Positions 29,695 to 39,600 of a DNA stretch of 64,000 nucleotides are shown here, piece after piece (position 1 is the first letter of the stretch; every line of letters starts with the position of its first letter). The translations under genes were made by a program, and so were the position numbers. Source of the DNA: an uncultured delta proteobacterium (GTDB taxonomy: Bacteria > Myxococcota_A > UBA9160 > SMWR01); the NCBI GenBank assembly GCA_963832165.1, contig CAWHTE010000003.1, positions 448,001 through 512,000 on the forward strand, given 5' to 3'. The notes under the pieces were generated by a model that saw only the letters and a program-made list of their open reading frames with translations, had not been told where the DNA came from and did not search any database.

Positions 29695-31467
29695 GTGCGC
29701 ACCACCCGACTCGCCTGGATCGCAGCCGCGCTCGCACTCGCCGCGTGCGGCGCACCGCCGCCCGCGCCGACGATCGATCCGATCACCAGGCGCACGACCG
29801 CGAGCGGCGAGGTGGTCGGGTTCGTCGCCGCGAACGGGAGCCACGTCTGGCGTGGGATCCCGTACGCGGCGCCGCCGACGGGTGCGTTGCGCTGGCGCGC
29901 GCCGGTGGATCCCGCGCGCTGGTCAGGTACGAGGGAGGCGCTCGCGTTCGGCGCGCGCTGCCCGCAGTACACGAGCCAGCTCGAGTCCACGCGCGAGCTC
30001 GGCACCACGTATGGCAGCGAGGACTGCCTCACGCTGAACGTCTGGGCGCCGCCGAAGTCCGGGGCGGAGCGGCTGCCCGTGATGTTCTGGATCCACGGCG
30101 GCGGCAACGTGCAGGGCGGCAGCGACTTCTACGACGGCGCCGTGCTCGCGGTGAATCAGCGCGTCGTGGTCGTCACAGTGAACTATCGGCTCGGGGCGCT
30201 CGGCTGGCTGCGCCACGCTGCGCTGCGCGAGGGCGTCACCTACGAGGAGGCGTCGGGCAACTTCGGCACGCTCGACATGATCCAGGCGCTGCGCTGGGTG
30301 CACGAGAACATCGGCGCGTTCGGCGGCAACCCGAACAGCGTGACGATCTTCGGCGAGAGCGCGGGCGGGCGGAACGTCTTTGCGCTGCTCCAGTCGCCGC
30401 CGGCGCGCGGGCTCTTCCACGGCGCGATCGTGCAGAGCGGCGGAACGCGCTCGAGCAGCCTCGACGAAGCCGAGCAGTCGGTTGCCGACCCCGCGGTTCG
30501 CCGCGGGCCGGGCTCGCACCATCTCCTGGAACGGCTCGCGGGTCGCGAGCGGGTCGCGGGCATGACCCACGCGGAGATCGCGGCGTTCCTGCGCGCCCAG
30601 ACTCCCGATGCGATCCTCCGGGCGTATCCCGAGACCGACAGCGAGGGCGATCACACCGGCTTCTACGAGTTTCCCCAGCATTTCCGCGACGGCGTCGTGC
30701 TTCCGCGCGTCGAGGCACCTGCGGCGTTCGTCTCGGGCGCCTACCACCGCGTGCCGGTGATCGTCGGCACGAACCGCGACGAGGCCAAGCTGTTCATGTT
30801 TGCGTCGTCCAAATACGTCCGACGATTCCTGGGTGTTCCGAGACTCCGCGACGAATCCGCCTATCAGCGCGAGGCGAGCTACCGGAGCCGATTCTGGAAG
30901 GCGTTCGGCGCCGATGAGCCTGCGGCCGCGATGCGCCGCGTGCAGGGAACGAGCGTGTACGCCTATCGCTTCGACTGGGACGAGGAGCCGAGCATCTTGG
31001 GCGCGGATCTCGGCCAGATGCTAGGCGCGGCACACGTGATGGAGGTGCCGTTCGTGTTCGGCCACTGGAATCTCGGTCCGAACAGCAAGCTGCTGTTCGA
31101 CGAGGACAACGAGCCGGCGCGACTCGAGCTCTCGCAGGCGATGCAGTCGTACTGGGGCGAGTTCGCGTGGACCGGCTCGCCCGGGCGTGGGCGCGATGGG
31201 AAGCAGCCCGCATGGAGCGCATGGGATCCGAGCCAGCCGACCGCGGGCAAGTACATCGTATTCGACACGCCCGCCGGCGGCGGAATCCGCATGGCGCACG
31301 AGACCGAGAGCACGGCCGGGCTGATCGCCGAGCTCTCGCGCGATCCGGAATGGGACAGCGCCGAGCGCTGCGCGCTGGTCGCGGAGTGGACGCGCGACGT
31401 GCCGACCGTCGTCGCGCATGCGGGTGAGCTCGGCTGTCAGGCGCCTGCGGTCGCGAGAGGGGATTAG
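29695..31467 (+). CDS. Carboxylesterase type B, lipoprotein
   Basis: Lipobox LAAC; GIPYA, SEDCLTLN, HGGG, GESAG (Ser), GTNRDE (Glu), GAAH (His). Confidence 0.93.
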   Translation: MRTTRLAWIAAALALAACGAPPPAPTIDPITRRTTASGEVVGFVAANGSHVWRGIPYAAPPTGALRWRAPVDPARWSGTREALAFGARCPQYTSQLESTRELGTTYGSEDCLTLNVWAPPKSGAERLPVMFWIHGGGNVQGGSDFYDGAVLAVNQRVVVVTVNYRLGALGWLRHAALREGVTYEEASGNFGTLDMIQALRWVHENIGAFGGNPNSVTIFGESAGGRNVFALLQSPPARGLFHGAIVQSGGTRSSSLDEAEQSVADPAVRRGPGSHHLLERLAGRERVAGMTHAEIAAFLRAQTPDAILRAYPETDSEGDHTGFYEFPQHFRDGVVLPRVEAPAAFVSGAYHRVPVIVGTNRDEAKLFMFASSKYVRRFLGVPRLRDESAYQREASYRSRFWKAFGADEPAAAMRRVQGTSVYAYRFDWDEEPSILGADLGQMLGAAHVMEVPFVFGHWNLGPNSKLLFDEDNEPARLELSQAMQSYWGEFAWTGSPGRGRDGKQPAWSAWDPSQPTAGKYIVFDTPAGGGIRMAHETESTAGLIAELSRDPEWDSAERCALVAEWTRDVPTVVAHAGELGCQAPAVARGD

Positions 31468-31563
31468 CGCCTGGTCGCCACCGATCGCGCGCTCGCACGC
31501 GCTGCGGGCGCTGCCTCGCTGCTCGCGCTCGGTGCGCTGTTCTGGCCCGCTGCGTTCCGGCGC

Positions 31564-33630
31564 ATGTTCGTGTTCGGCGATCTGGGTGCCTTCTTCCTGC
31601 CGTTCCGGATCTTTCGCGCGGAGCATCTCGCGCACGGGATCACCCCGCTCTGGATGCCCAACCTGTTTTGTGGCTTCTACGCGCACGGCGAGGGTCAGAT
31701 CGGGATCTTCCACCCGCTCCGCTGGCTGTTGTATCGCCTGCTGCCCTTGTCCGAGGCTTTCAACCTCGAGTGCATCCTCCCTTACCCGCTCGCACTGATC
31801 GGTGTGGCGTTGTTTCTGCGCCGTCTCGCGCTTCCCGCAAGCGCGGCGATCTTCGGCGGCGCGACCTTTGCACTCTCTGGTTACCTGACCGCTCGGCTCA
31901 CGCACCTGAACGCGATCGCGGTGGTCGCCCACCTGGGATGGCTGCTCTTCGCGATCGATCTTCTCTTGCGCGGGTCCGGTCGCGCGCGCTGGCGTGCCTG
32001 GATCGGCATCGCGCTCGTCACGGGCTCGCAGCTGCTGGTGGGTTATCCGGCGGCCGTCGCCTACTGCTGGCTGATCGCGATCCCGTACGCGGTGTTCATC
32101 GCGGTGAGCGATCGCCGGGTCGGCCCCTTGCTCGCGGTCGGGGGCGCCTTCGCGGTGGGGATCCTGCTGGCCGGCATCCAGCTCGTGCCGACGTACGAAT
32201 ACCTGGCGGCGTCGCTGCGCGCCCAGTCGACCTATGACTTTCTCACCGAACAGTCGCTGCATCCGGTGAATCTGTTCACGATCGCCGGGCCCTGGCTGTT
32301 CCGTAGGTACCTGTTCATGGAACAGACGTACAACCCAGTGGAGCAGGTGTGCCATCTGGGCGCCGTCGCTCCAATCGCGGCTCTGTGGATGTTGCTGCGC
32401 TGGCGGCAACTCGGAGCTCTGCGTCCGCTCGTCGCAGGCCTGTTTGGACTCTCCGCGCTCGCGTTGGTGCTGGCGCTGGGCCGGCACACCGGTCTCTATC
32501 GATATTTCCTCGAGCTTCCGCTGGTCGGCTCGCTCCGGGTTCCGGCCCGCTACGTCATCGCGCTGTTCTTTTCCGGCGCGGTGTTCGCGGCGATCGCCTT
32601 CGCGGATCTCCAGCGCGCTGAATCGACCGCCGAGCTGCGGCGTCGCGCCCGGTGGATCTGGATCGTTCCCGGGGTGAGCGCGTGTGTGGCCGGCGCTGCG
32701 CTCGCCATGATCCGCAATCCCGAGTGGGGACCGGATCTCGCGAGCCAACTGAACGCGCCGGGCTGGATTGCCGTCGGTCCGCTCGTCTTCGTGCTCGCGG
32801 CGGCGTTGTTCACGTTCGCCGCGCGCGGCCACCGTACCGCGCTATACGGTCTTCTCGTGCTCACGCCCGCGGAACACGCGATCTACGCCGTCCCGTGGTG
32901 GTGGAGCAACCCGCCGAGGACGATCGCCGAGTATCGCGCGGGTATCCCTCGAACCGAGGTGTCCCCTCCGTTCCGCATCGCCACGACATCGGATTGGGGA
33001 TGGGCGGGACCGCCATTGCGTTGGTGGGGTTCGACCCGGTTGATCGTTCGCGATGCGCGATTGGTATCGGGTTACGCGGGGCTCATTCCGGCGAAGCAGC
33101 TCGACTACGCGACAGCCGCGGCCCGGCGCGTCACGGGCGCGGCCTTGCTTCTGGAGCCGCCGCGTCTCGTCACGAGCCTATCCGGCGCGTTGTCACGCGC
33201 GCGGCTCGTGACCCGCGCGGTGCTCAGTGCGCAGCCCGCGATCGACATCGAGGCGATCGACGTCGCGAACGCTGCGTTGGTCGAGGAACCCATCGATCTC
33301 GAAGTCGGACCTGCCGGGACCGCGGCGATCGAAGAGGAGCGAGCCGGAGCGCTCCAGATCCAGGTCGAAGCGCCGACGCGTCAGCTGCTAGTGCTCGCGG
33401 AGAGCTTCCACCCGGGCTGGCAGGTTCTCGTCGATGGAGCGGCTGCGCGCGTGCTGCGGGTGAACGGAGATTTCATGGGAGTGCTCGTCGATCCGGGAGT
33501 GCATGCGGTGCACTTCTCCTTCGCACCGCGTAGCTTCGTGGTGGGCCGCTGGACGAGCCTCGCTGGAATCGGGATCGTGCTCGCGGTGGCTCTCGCTGGA
33601 CTGCTCGGCGGCTCCGCTCGCGGCGCGTGA
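31564..33630 (+). CDS. YfhO-like multi-pass membrane protein (putative GT-C glycosyltransferase)
   Basis: GD near the N-terminus, PLWMPNLFCG, many TM segments, LRVPARY, LVLAESFHPGW, V..G.H.V.F; true start may lie slightly upstream. Confidence 0.8.
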   Translation: MFVFGDLGAFFLPFRIFRAEHLAHGITPLWMPNLFCGFYAHGEGQIGIFHPLRWLLYRLLPLSEAFNLECILPYPLALIGVALFLRRLALPASAAIFGGATFALSGYLTARLTHLNAIAVVAHLGWLLFAIDLLLRGSGRARWRAWIGIALVTGSQLLVGYPAAVAYCWLIAIPYAVFIAVSDRRVGPLLAVGGAFAVGILLAGIQLVPTYEYLAASLRAQSTYDFLTEQSLHPVNLFTIAGPWLFRRYLFMEQTYNPVEQVCHLGAVAPIAALWMLLRWRQLGALRPLVAGLFGLSALALVLALGRHTGLYRYFLELPLVGSLRVPARYVIALFFSGAVFAAIAFADLQRAESTAELRRRARWIWIVPGVSACVAGAALAMIRNPEWGPDLASQLNAPGWIAVGPLVFVLAAALFTFAARGHRTALYGLLVLTPAEHAIYAVPWWWSNPPRTIAEYRAGIPRTEVSPPFRIATTSDWGWAGPPLRWWGSTRLIVRDARLVSGYAGLIPAKQLDYATAAARRVTGAALLLEPPRLVTSLSGALSRARLVTRAVLSAQPAIDIEAIDVANAALVEEPIDLEVGPAGTAAIEEERAGALQIQVEAPTRQLLVLAESFHPGWQVLVDGAAARVLRVNGDFMGVLVDPGVHAVHFSFAPRSFVVGRWTSLAGIGIVLAVALAGLLGGSARGA

Positions 33631-33638
33631 ATAGCGGA

Positions 33639-36503
33639 CTACCGCCGCTTCCGTAGCAGGCAGAGCAGCGCCAGCCCTGCGCCGAGCAGCCCGCCGCGCG
33701 TGGGCTCGGGGACGTAGTGCACGGCGAACGTGCCGGCGAGCGTGCCGGTTACGAGGTCGGGGCGACCGTCGGCGTAGAGGTCGGCGGCGGCGGGGGCGGA
33801 CTTGTCGCCGACGTCTTCACCCGTCAGCGGGTGAAGGGCATGCGCCGGTTCGAATGCCGGCTCGGTCACTTCTCCGTTCTGGAGGTAGACGAACCGCCCG
33901 GACCTCGCGCCGGAGACGAGGTCGAGATCGCCTTCGCCGTCGAAATCGCCGATCGCGGGGCTCGTGTAGTGCACGGCGGTCGTGCCATCGAACGGATTCA
34001 CGGCGCCGTCGCGCGGGACGAAAATCGGACTCGTCGCGCTGCCGAGGTTCTCGAAGTAGCCGAGGCCGCCGTAGTATTGGCCGACGACGAGGTCGAGATC
34101 GCCGTCGCGGTCGAGGTCGGCGAAGGCGGGCGCGCAGCTATCGCTGCCGAAGGCGATCAGGCCGAACGGATTCGCGACCGGGGCTGCGAACAGCGGCGCT
34201 GTCGCGCTCCCCGTGTTCGCGAAGTAGTCGAAGTCGCCCGCGCGGCGCCCGGCCAGCAGGTCGATGTCGCCGTCGCCATCGAGATCTCCGAACGCAGGCT
34301 TGGCCTCGTCTCCGACGTCGCGGCCGTCCAGCGGGTTGGCGGCGCCGGTGCGCGCGGCGAACGCCGGGCTCGTCGCGCTGCCGGTGTTCTCGAAGAAGAG
34401 GAACGTCCCCAGGTCCTCTCCGGCGAGCAGATCGAAGTCGCCGTCGGCGTCGAGGTCTGCGAGCGCAGGCCCAGCCAGCGATCCCAGGTCCTGGCCATCG
34501 AGTGGATTGGCAGGACCGGTCAGTTCGACGAAATCGGGCGCCTGCTGCACGACGAAGCTTTCGAAGTAGCTGAAGGCGCTGCCAGTGACGAGATCGAGGT
34601 CGTCGTCGCCGTCGAGGTCGCCGAGCGCGGGCCTCGCTGCAAAGGGCGGGGCATTCAACGGGTTCGCCGTGCCCGCAACGAACGCGGGCTTCGCCGCGCT
34701 GCCGGTGTTCTCGAAGTAGTAGACGAGGGCGAAGATGGAGCCCGACAACACGTCGAGGTCCCCGTCGCCGTCGAGGTCACCGAGCGCGGGCAGCGTGTAA
34801 TTTCCTACCTGGCTCTGGCCGTTCAGCGGGTTGGCGGCGCCGGTGCGCGCGGCGAATGCCGGGCTCGTCGCGCTGCCCGTGTTCTCGAAGAAGAAGAAGG
34901 TCGCCGGGGGGTTGTACGTGCCTTCGCCCGAGATCAGGTCGAGGTCGCCGTCGCCGTCGAGGTCGCCGAACGAGGGGTACGGGCGTATTCCAATGTCCTG
35001 CCCGTCGAGCGGATTGGCTGCGCCCGTTCGCGCAATGAACGCCGGACTCGCCGCGCTGCCGGTGTTCTCGAAGTAGAGGAAGGTCCCGTCGATTCCTCCG
35101 AGGCCGACTCCACCGACGAGGTCGAGGTCGCCGTCGCCGTCGAGGTCGCCGAGCGCGGGCTTCGCATAGGCTCCGACATCCTGGCCATTCAGCGGGTTCG
35201 CCGCTCCCGTTCGCGCAGCGAACGCGGGACTCGTGGTGCTGCCCGTATTCTCGTAGTAGAAGAAGGTCCCTCCGCTGCCTGGGCCGCTGACGAGGTCGAG
35301 GTCGCCGTCGCCGTCGAGGTCGCCGAGCGACGGCGCTCCCCCGGACTGACCTTCGAGCGGGTTGGCCGCGCCGGTGCGCTGCACCAGGCGACCGCGCAGA
35401 TGCTCGAAGTAGTTGAAGACGCCGTCGGACTCGCCCGCGATGAGATCGGGATCGCCGTCGCCGTCGAGATCGCCGAGCGCGACCGCGGCGCGCGCGTTGC
35501 CCGTGCCCAGATCCAGATTGGCGAGCGGATTTGCCGTACCCGTGCGCGGGACGAACGCCGGGCTCGTCGCGCTGCCCGTGTTCTCGAACGTGAGGAATGT
35601 TCCGGACAGCTCTCCCGCGACGAGATCGAGGTCGCCGTCGCCATCGAGATCGCCCAAAGACGGCGTCGAATAGCCGCCCACGTCTTGGCCATTCAGCGGG
35701 TTCGCGGCGCCCGTGCGCTCGGCGAACGCGGGAGAGGTCGCGCTGCCGGTGTTCTCGAAGTAGTTCAGGACGCCGTCGCCCTCGCCGGCGACGAGGTCGA
35801 GGTCGCCGTCGCCGTCGAGATCGCCGAACGCCGGGTTCGAGCGGTAGCCGAGGTCGTGGCCCGCGAGCGGATTGGCGGCGCCGGTGCTCGGGAGGAAGGC
35901 CGGGCTCGTCGCACTGCCGGTGTTCTGGAAGTAGGCGAACGTGGCGTTGCTGTTCCCGGCCAGCAGATCGAGATCGCCGTCGCCGTCGAGATCGCCGAGC
36001 GCAGCGGAGGAGTCGAGTCCGACGTCGTGGCCGTTCATAGGGTTGGCGGCGCCGGTGCGTTGGATGAAGAGCGGGTTGCTCGCGGTGCCCGTGTTCTCGA
36101 AGTAGCTGAACGTCCCGTTGAACCCTCCCGCGACGAGATCGAGGTCACCGTCGCTGTCGAGGTCGCCGAGTGCGGACGTCGAATAGGCTCCGACATCCTG
36201 GCCGTTCAGCGGGTTCGCCGCGCCGGTCAGCGCGGCGAACGGCGGGAGCTCGGCGCCGGCCGGCGCCGCGCCGAGGCCGAGCAACGCGACCGCAAGCGCC
36301 GAGCTCGCGGCGACGCTGTGCAGCACCCAGCGCAGGTAGGGCTCGTCGCGCCGGTGGCGGCGCACGAAGCGCCGCGCGGCCGCGCGCAGCTGCTGGCGCG
36401 TGCCCGCTCCGGCGGCCCGCGCCCGCTCGACAAGCAGCCGCGCGCACTGCGCCTCCAGGCCAGGCCGGTCGCGCGGTGCCCCGATTTCCGCAAGCCGCGA
36501 CAT
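33639..36503 (-). CDS. FG-GAP/VCBS repeat protein with PEP-CTERM tail
   Basis: Many roughly 55-aa repeats with GDLDGDGDLDL and YFENTGSATSPAF; C-terminal VPEPTRGGLLGAGLALLCLLRKRR. Confidence 0.9.
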   Translation of the reverse strand: MSRLAEIGAPRDRPGLEAQCARLLVERARAAGAGTRQQLRAAARRFVRRHRRDEPYLRWVLHSVAASSALAVALLGLGAAPAGAELPPFAALTGAANPLNGQDVGAYSTSALGDLDSDGDLDLVAGGFNGTFSYFENTGTASNPLFIQRTGAANPMNGHDVGLDSSAALGDLDGDGDLDLLAGNSNATFAYFQNTGSATSPAFLPSTGAANPLAGHDLGYRSNPAFGDLDGDGDLDLVAGEGDGVLNYFENTGSATSPAFAERTGAANPLNGQDVGGYSTPSLGDLDGDGDLDLVAGELSGTFLTFENTGSATSPAFVPRTGTANPLANLDLGTGNARAAVALGDLDGDGDPDLIAGESDGVFNYFEHLRGRLVQRTGAANPLEGQSGGAPSLGDLDGDGDLDLVSGPGSGGTFFYYENTGSTTSPAFAARTGAANPLNGQDVGAYAKPALGDLDGDGDLDLVGGVGLGGIDGTFLYFENTGSAASPAFIARTGAANPLDGQDIGIRPYPSFGDLDGDGDLDLISGEGTYNPPATFFFFENTGSATSPAFAARTGAANPLNGQSQVGNYTLPALGDLDGDGDLDVLSGSIFALVYYFENTGSAAKPAFVAGTANPLNAPPFAARPALGDLDGDDDLDLVTGSAFSYFESFVVQQAPDFVELTGPANPLDGQDLGSLAGPALADLDADGDFDLLAGEDLGTFLFFENTGSATSPAFAARTGAANPLDGRDVGDEAKPAFGDLDGDGDIDLLAGRRAGDFDYFANTGSATAPLFAAPVANPFGLIAFGSDSCAPAFADLDRDGDLDLVVGQYYGGLGYFENLGSATSPIFVPRDGAVNPFDGTTAVHYTSPAIGDFDGEGDLDLVSGARSGRFVYLQNGEVTEPAFEPAHALHPLTGEDVGDKSAPAAADLYADGRPDLVTGTLAGTFAVHYVPEPTRGGLLGAGLALLCLLRKRR

Positions 36504-36696
36504 CTGAATCGCCTCTGTCGCAACCGAGAGGTTGCCGCCACTACTAACACGCGCGGCCAGCCGGTGGGAAGAGGGAGTTGGCAGGCTTGCTATTCGAGTC
36601 TCGAAGTATTCCGGGGTCGCCCGACGAATGGTCGGGCGCTGCCGGAGAGCGTCGTTTATTCGATGAGCTCGCGCAGAGCGGATCGGGGTGCTCGAG

Positions 36697-39600
36697 CTAG
36701 GTGATTGACCGCCACCTTCCGCGCGCCAGTCCCGCCACCGCGAGGACACCACAGGCGAGCAGCAGCGTCGCCGACGGCTCGGGCAGGCAGTGGACCGTCA
36801 GCTTCGGACGGTGACCGCTGGTCGCGTGCTCGGCCGAGCGGATGCCCACGCCGCTGACTCCCGTGGGCACGATGATCCAGCCCTTGTTGCTCGCGGGATT
36901 CGCCTGCCAGGCGACGATGCTCGAGGTCACGTCGAGCGTGTAGGCGGTCTCTGTACCCACGAGGGTTCCGGGCGCCTGCGCGGGCAGGGCGGTCGCAACG
37001 TAGTCATCGCCCGCTTGCGCCCCGGCCAGGGCTCCGAAGCCCGCGTAGTCCGTGTTGCCATCCCAGTCGATCAATACCTCGTGGACGTTGCCGGGATTCC
37101 CGTTGTCGTCGAGGACGTAGGTGAGCTCGGCGGATCCGATCTGCGCGTTGTCCGGGATCGGGCCCCCCTCACTCGTGAACAGGTCTTCGAAGCGCAGCAG
37201 CGTGAACTTCTGCGGGTCGTTGTCCCAGAACAGGTGGTCCTCGCCTCCGTGTGCGCCGGTGCTCACCTCGATGTAGGTATCGACCGAGCCCGCATAGCCG
37301 CCTTCACCCAGTTGAAACGATTCCGTCGTGCAGACGTCCAGACCGTCCACGCACGAGTTGGTCCCGGTGGTCCACACCGCGCCGACGATGTTGGCGTCGT
37401 TGCTGTTGCCGGTGGCGTCGTACGCGGTGGTTCCGGCGCCCTCGTCGAGCACGAAGCTTCCGAGCAGACCGGTGGCCTCGATGATCGTCATGTGCATCTC
37501 GGCCTGGATCTCTGCCTGGCTGCGCGCGTGATCCCAGACCCGCACGTCGTGGATCTGGCCGTTGAATGCTCCGGCCGGGACGCCGGTCGAGTTGAAGGCC
37601 GCGCCGATGCCGAAGTGTTGGATGCTGTCGCCTCGCGGGACCAGTCCCACGACGCTCGTGGCCTCGAAACGGCCGTCCAGGTAGAGATTCCAGGCGTTCC
37701 CGTCATAGGTGGCGGCCACGTGGTGCCAGACGCCGGTCGTGATCGGGGTCGTGCCGTGCACCGGATGGTTCGAGCTGTCTACGGCGGCCTCGAAGTCCGC
37801 GGCGAGCACGTTGGTCGTGTTGGCAATTCCGAGGAAATAGTTGGCGTCGATGTTGGTGCCGTTGACGGGGTCGTCGCCCTCGCCGAACCCCTTCGCGATG
37901 ATCGGGACACCCGTTACCCCTCCGCTGCCGGAGCTGGCTGTCGCGCCTCCGCCATCCCAATAGATCCAGCCCTCGATCGTGAACGTGTTGGAGCCGAGCG
38001 TCGACGGTTCGGGGCGGGTCACGTGATCGTTCGTGCCGTCGAAGTCGAGTACGCCCGTGATCGGCACGTCGTGGCAGACATCCTCGGTGCAGAGATTGCC
38101 GTCATCGCAGTCGGCATCGTCGGAGCAGCAGCTCGGGTCGACCGTCGATTGGCAGCTGCCGTTGCCCATCGAGACGAGGTTCGTCGCGGTCCAGCCGGCG
38201 TTACCGGCCAGCGTGCCGTTGTTGCCGTTCACCGAATCCGCCGCCGTCGCCCCGGTGCCCTCGTCCAGGCCCCAGCGACCCCGCAGATCCACGTTGCCGC
38301 TGATCGGCTGATGCATGCCCGCGGCGATCTCGGACGCGGAGAGCGCGCGAGCCCAGACACGCACCTCGTCGAGCTGGCCCTGGAAGGCGCCGTCTGCCGC
38401 ATTGAGGGAGGTCATCGAGGTTCCGATCGAGAACGGCTGGATGCTGTCGGACCGCGGCACGGTCGAAGTCGCCACGGGTGTGCCGTCGAGCACCCCGTTC
38501 AGGTAGAGACGGAAGCTGGAGCCATCGAAGGTGACCGCAGCGTGGTGCCACACGTTGTTCGTGATCGGCGTCGCGCCGGTCACGGGATGGTTGTTCGGAC
38601 TGGGGCCGGTGTGCTCGAAATCTGCGACGAGCACGCCCCCGGCGGCGTCCGAGATTCCCAGGAAGTAGTTGGCATCCTGGTTGGTACCGTCGGCTTCGCC
38701 ACGGCCCTTGGCGACGAGCGGAACGGCCACCACGCCGCCCGTGCCGGTGCTGGCCGTGTCGCCGGTGCCGGTGCGGCGGAACCACGTCTCGACCGTGAAC
38801 TGCGCCAGCCCGAGCTCGGTATGGGTGCTGTCGTCACCGAACGTGACCCAGTCACCCGTTCCATCGAGCGTGAGCGCGGCGAGGTTCGGCTGGATGCAGG
38901 CATCCAGTGTGCAGCTGTCCGTGTCGTTGCAATCGTTGTTCGTCACGCAGCAACCGACCGGCGCGATGTTCTCGCAGGTATTGGTTCCGAGATTGCACGA
39001 ATCCGCGGTGCACGTGTTCGCGTCCGCGCAGTCCACGTCTGCTTCGCAGCAGCCGTTGATCGCGTTGTTCACGCACAGACCGTCCACACAGGCGTCGGTG
39101 GTGCAGATGTCGGCATCGGCGCAATCCTCGTCGACGGTGCAGGCATTCGCGAGATAGCTGACGGCGAGCATCGGCCGGTCCGCGGGATCGGGTGCGTATT
39201 CGCCGGTTCGGATACCGGCGCCGCTCGGGCCGGTCGGAACGAAGATCCAGCCCTGGTTGGTGCTCGGCGCGGCAGACCACGCCGCCACGCTCCCCGTGAC
39301 GTCCAGCGTGTGCGGTGTGCGGGTATCGCCCGGAGCGGAGCCGGATGCCTGACCCACGAGCGCGGAGTCGTAGTCCTCGTCGGCCTGGGCGCCCGGCGTC
39401 ACGCCGAAGCCGGCGTGGTCGATGGTGTCGGTCCACGGGATGGTGATCCGGTGCACGTTCGCGGTGTCGCCGTTGTCGTCGGCCACGTAGTGGAGAATGG
39501 CCGAGGTGATCGTGGCGCCCTGCGGAATCGGGCCCCCCTCGGTGTCGAAGAGCGCTCCGAAGCGCAGCAACCCGAACTTCTCGGGGCTTCCGTCCCAGAA

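Noticed and set aside
33700..36250. Regularly spaced DNA repeats resembling a CRISPR or other array
   Set aside because: They are degenerate, in-frame FG-GAP protein repeats; there are no cas genes and no identical repeat-spacer structure.
36578..36592. ttggcaggcttgct as a sigma-54 promoter
   Set aside because: GG-GC spacing is 7 rather than 10, and it points away from the adjacent gene start.
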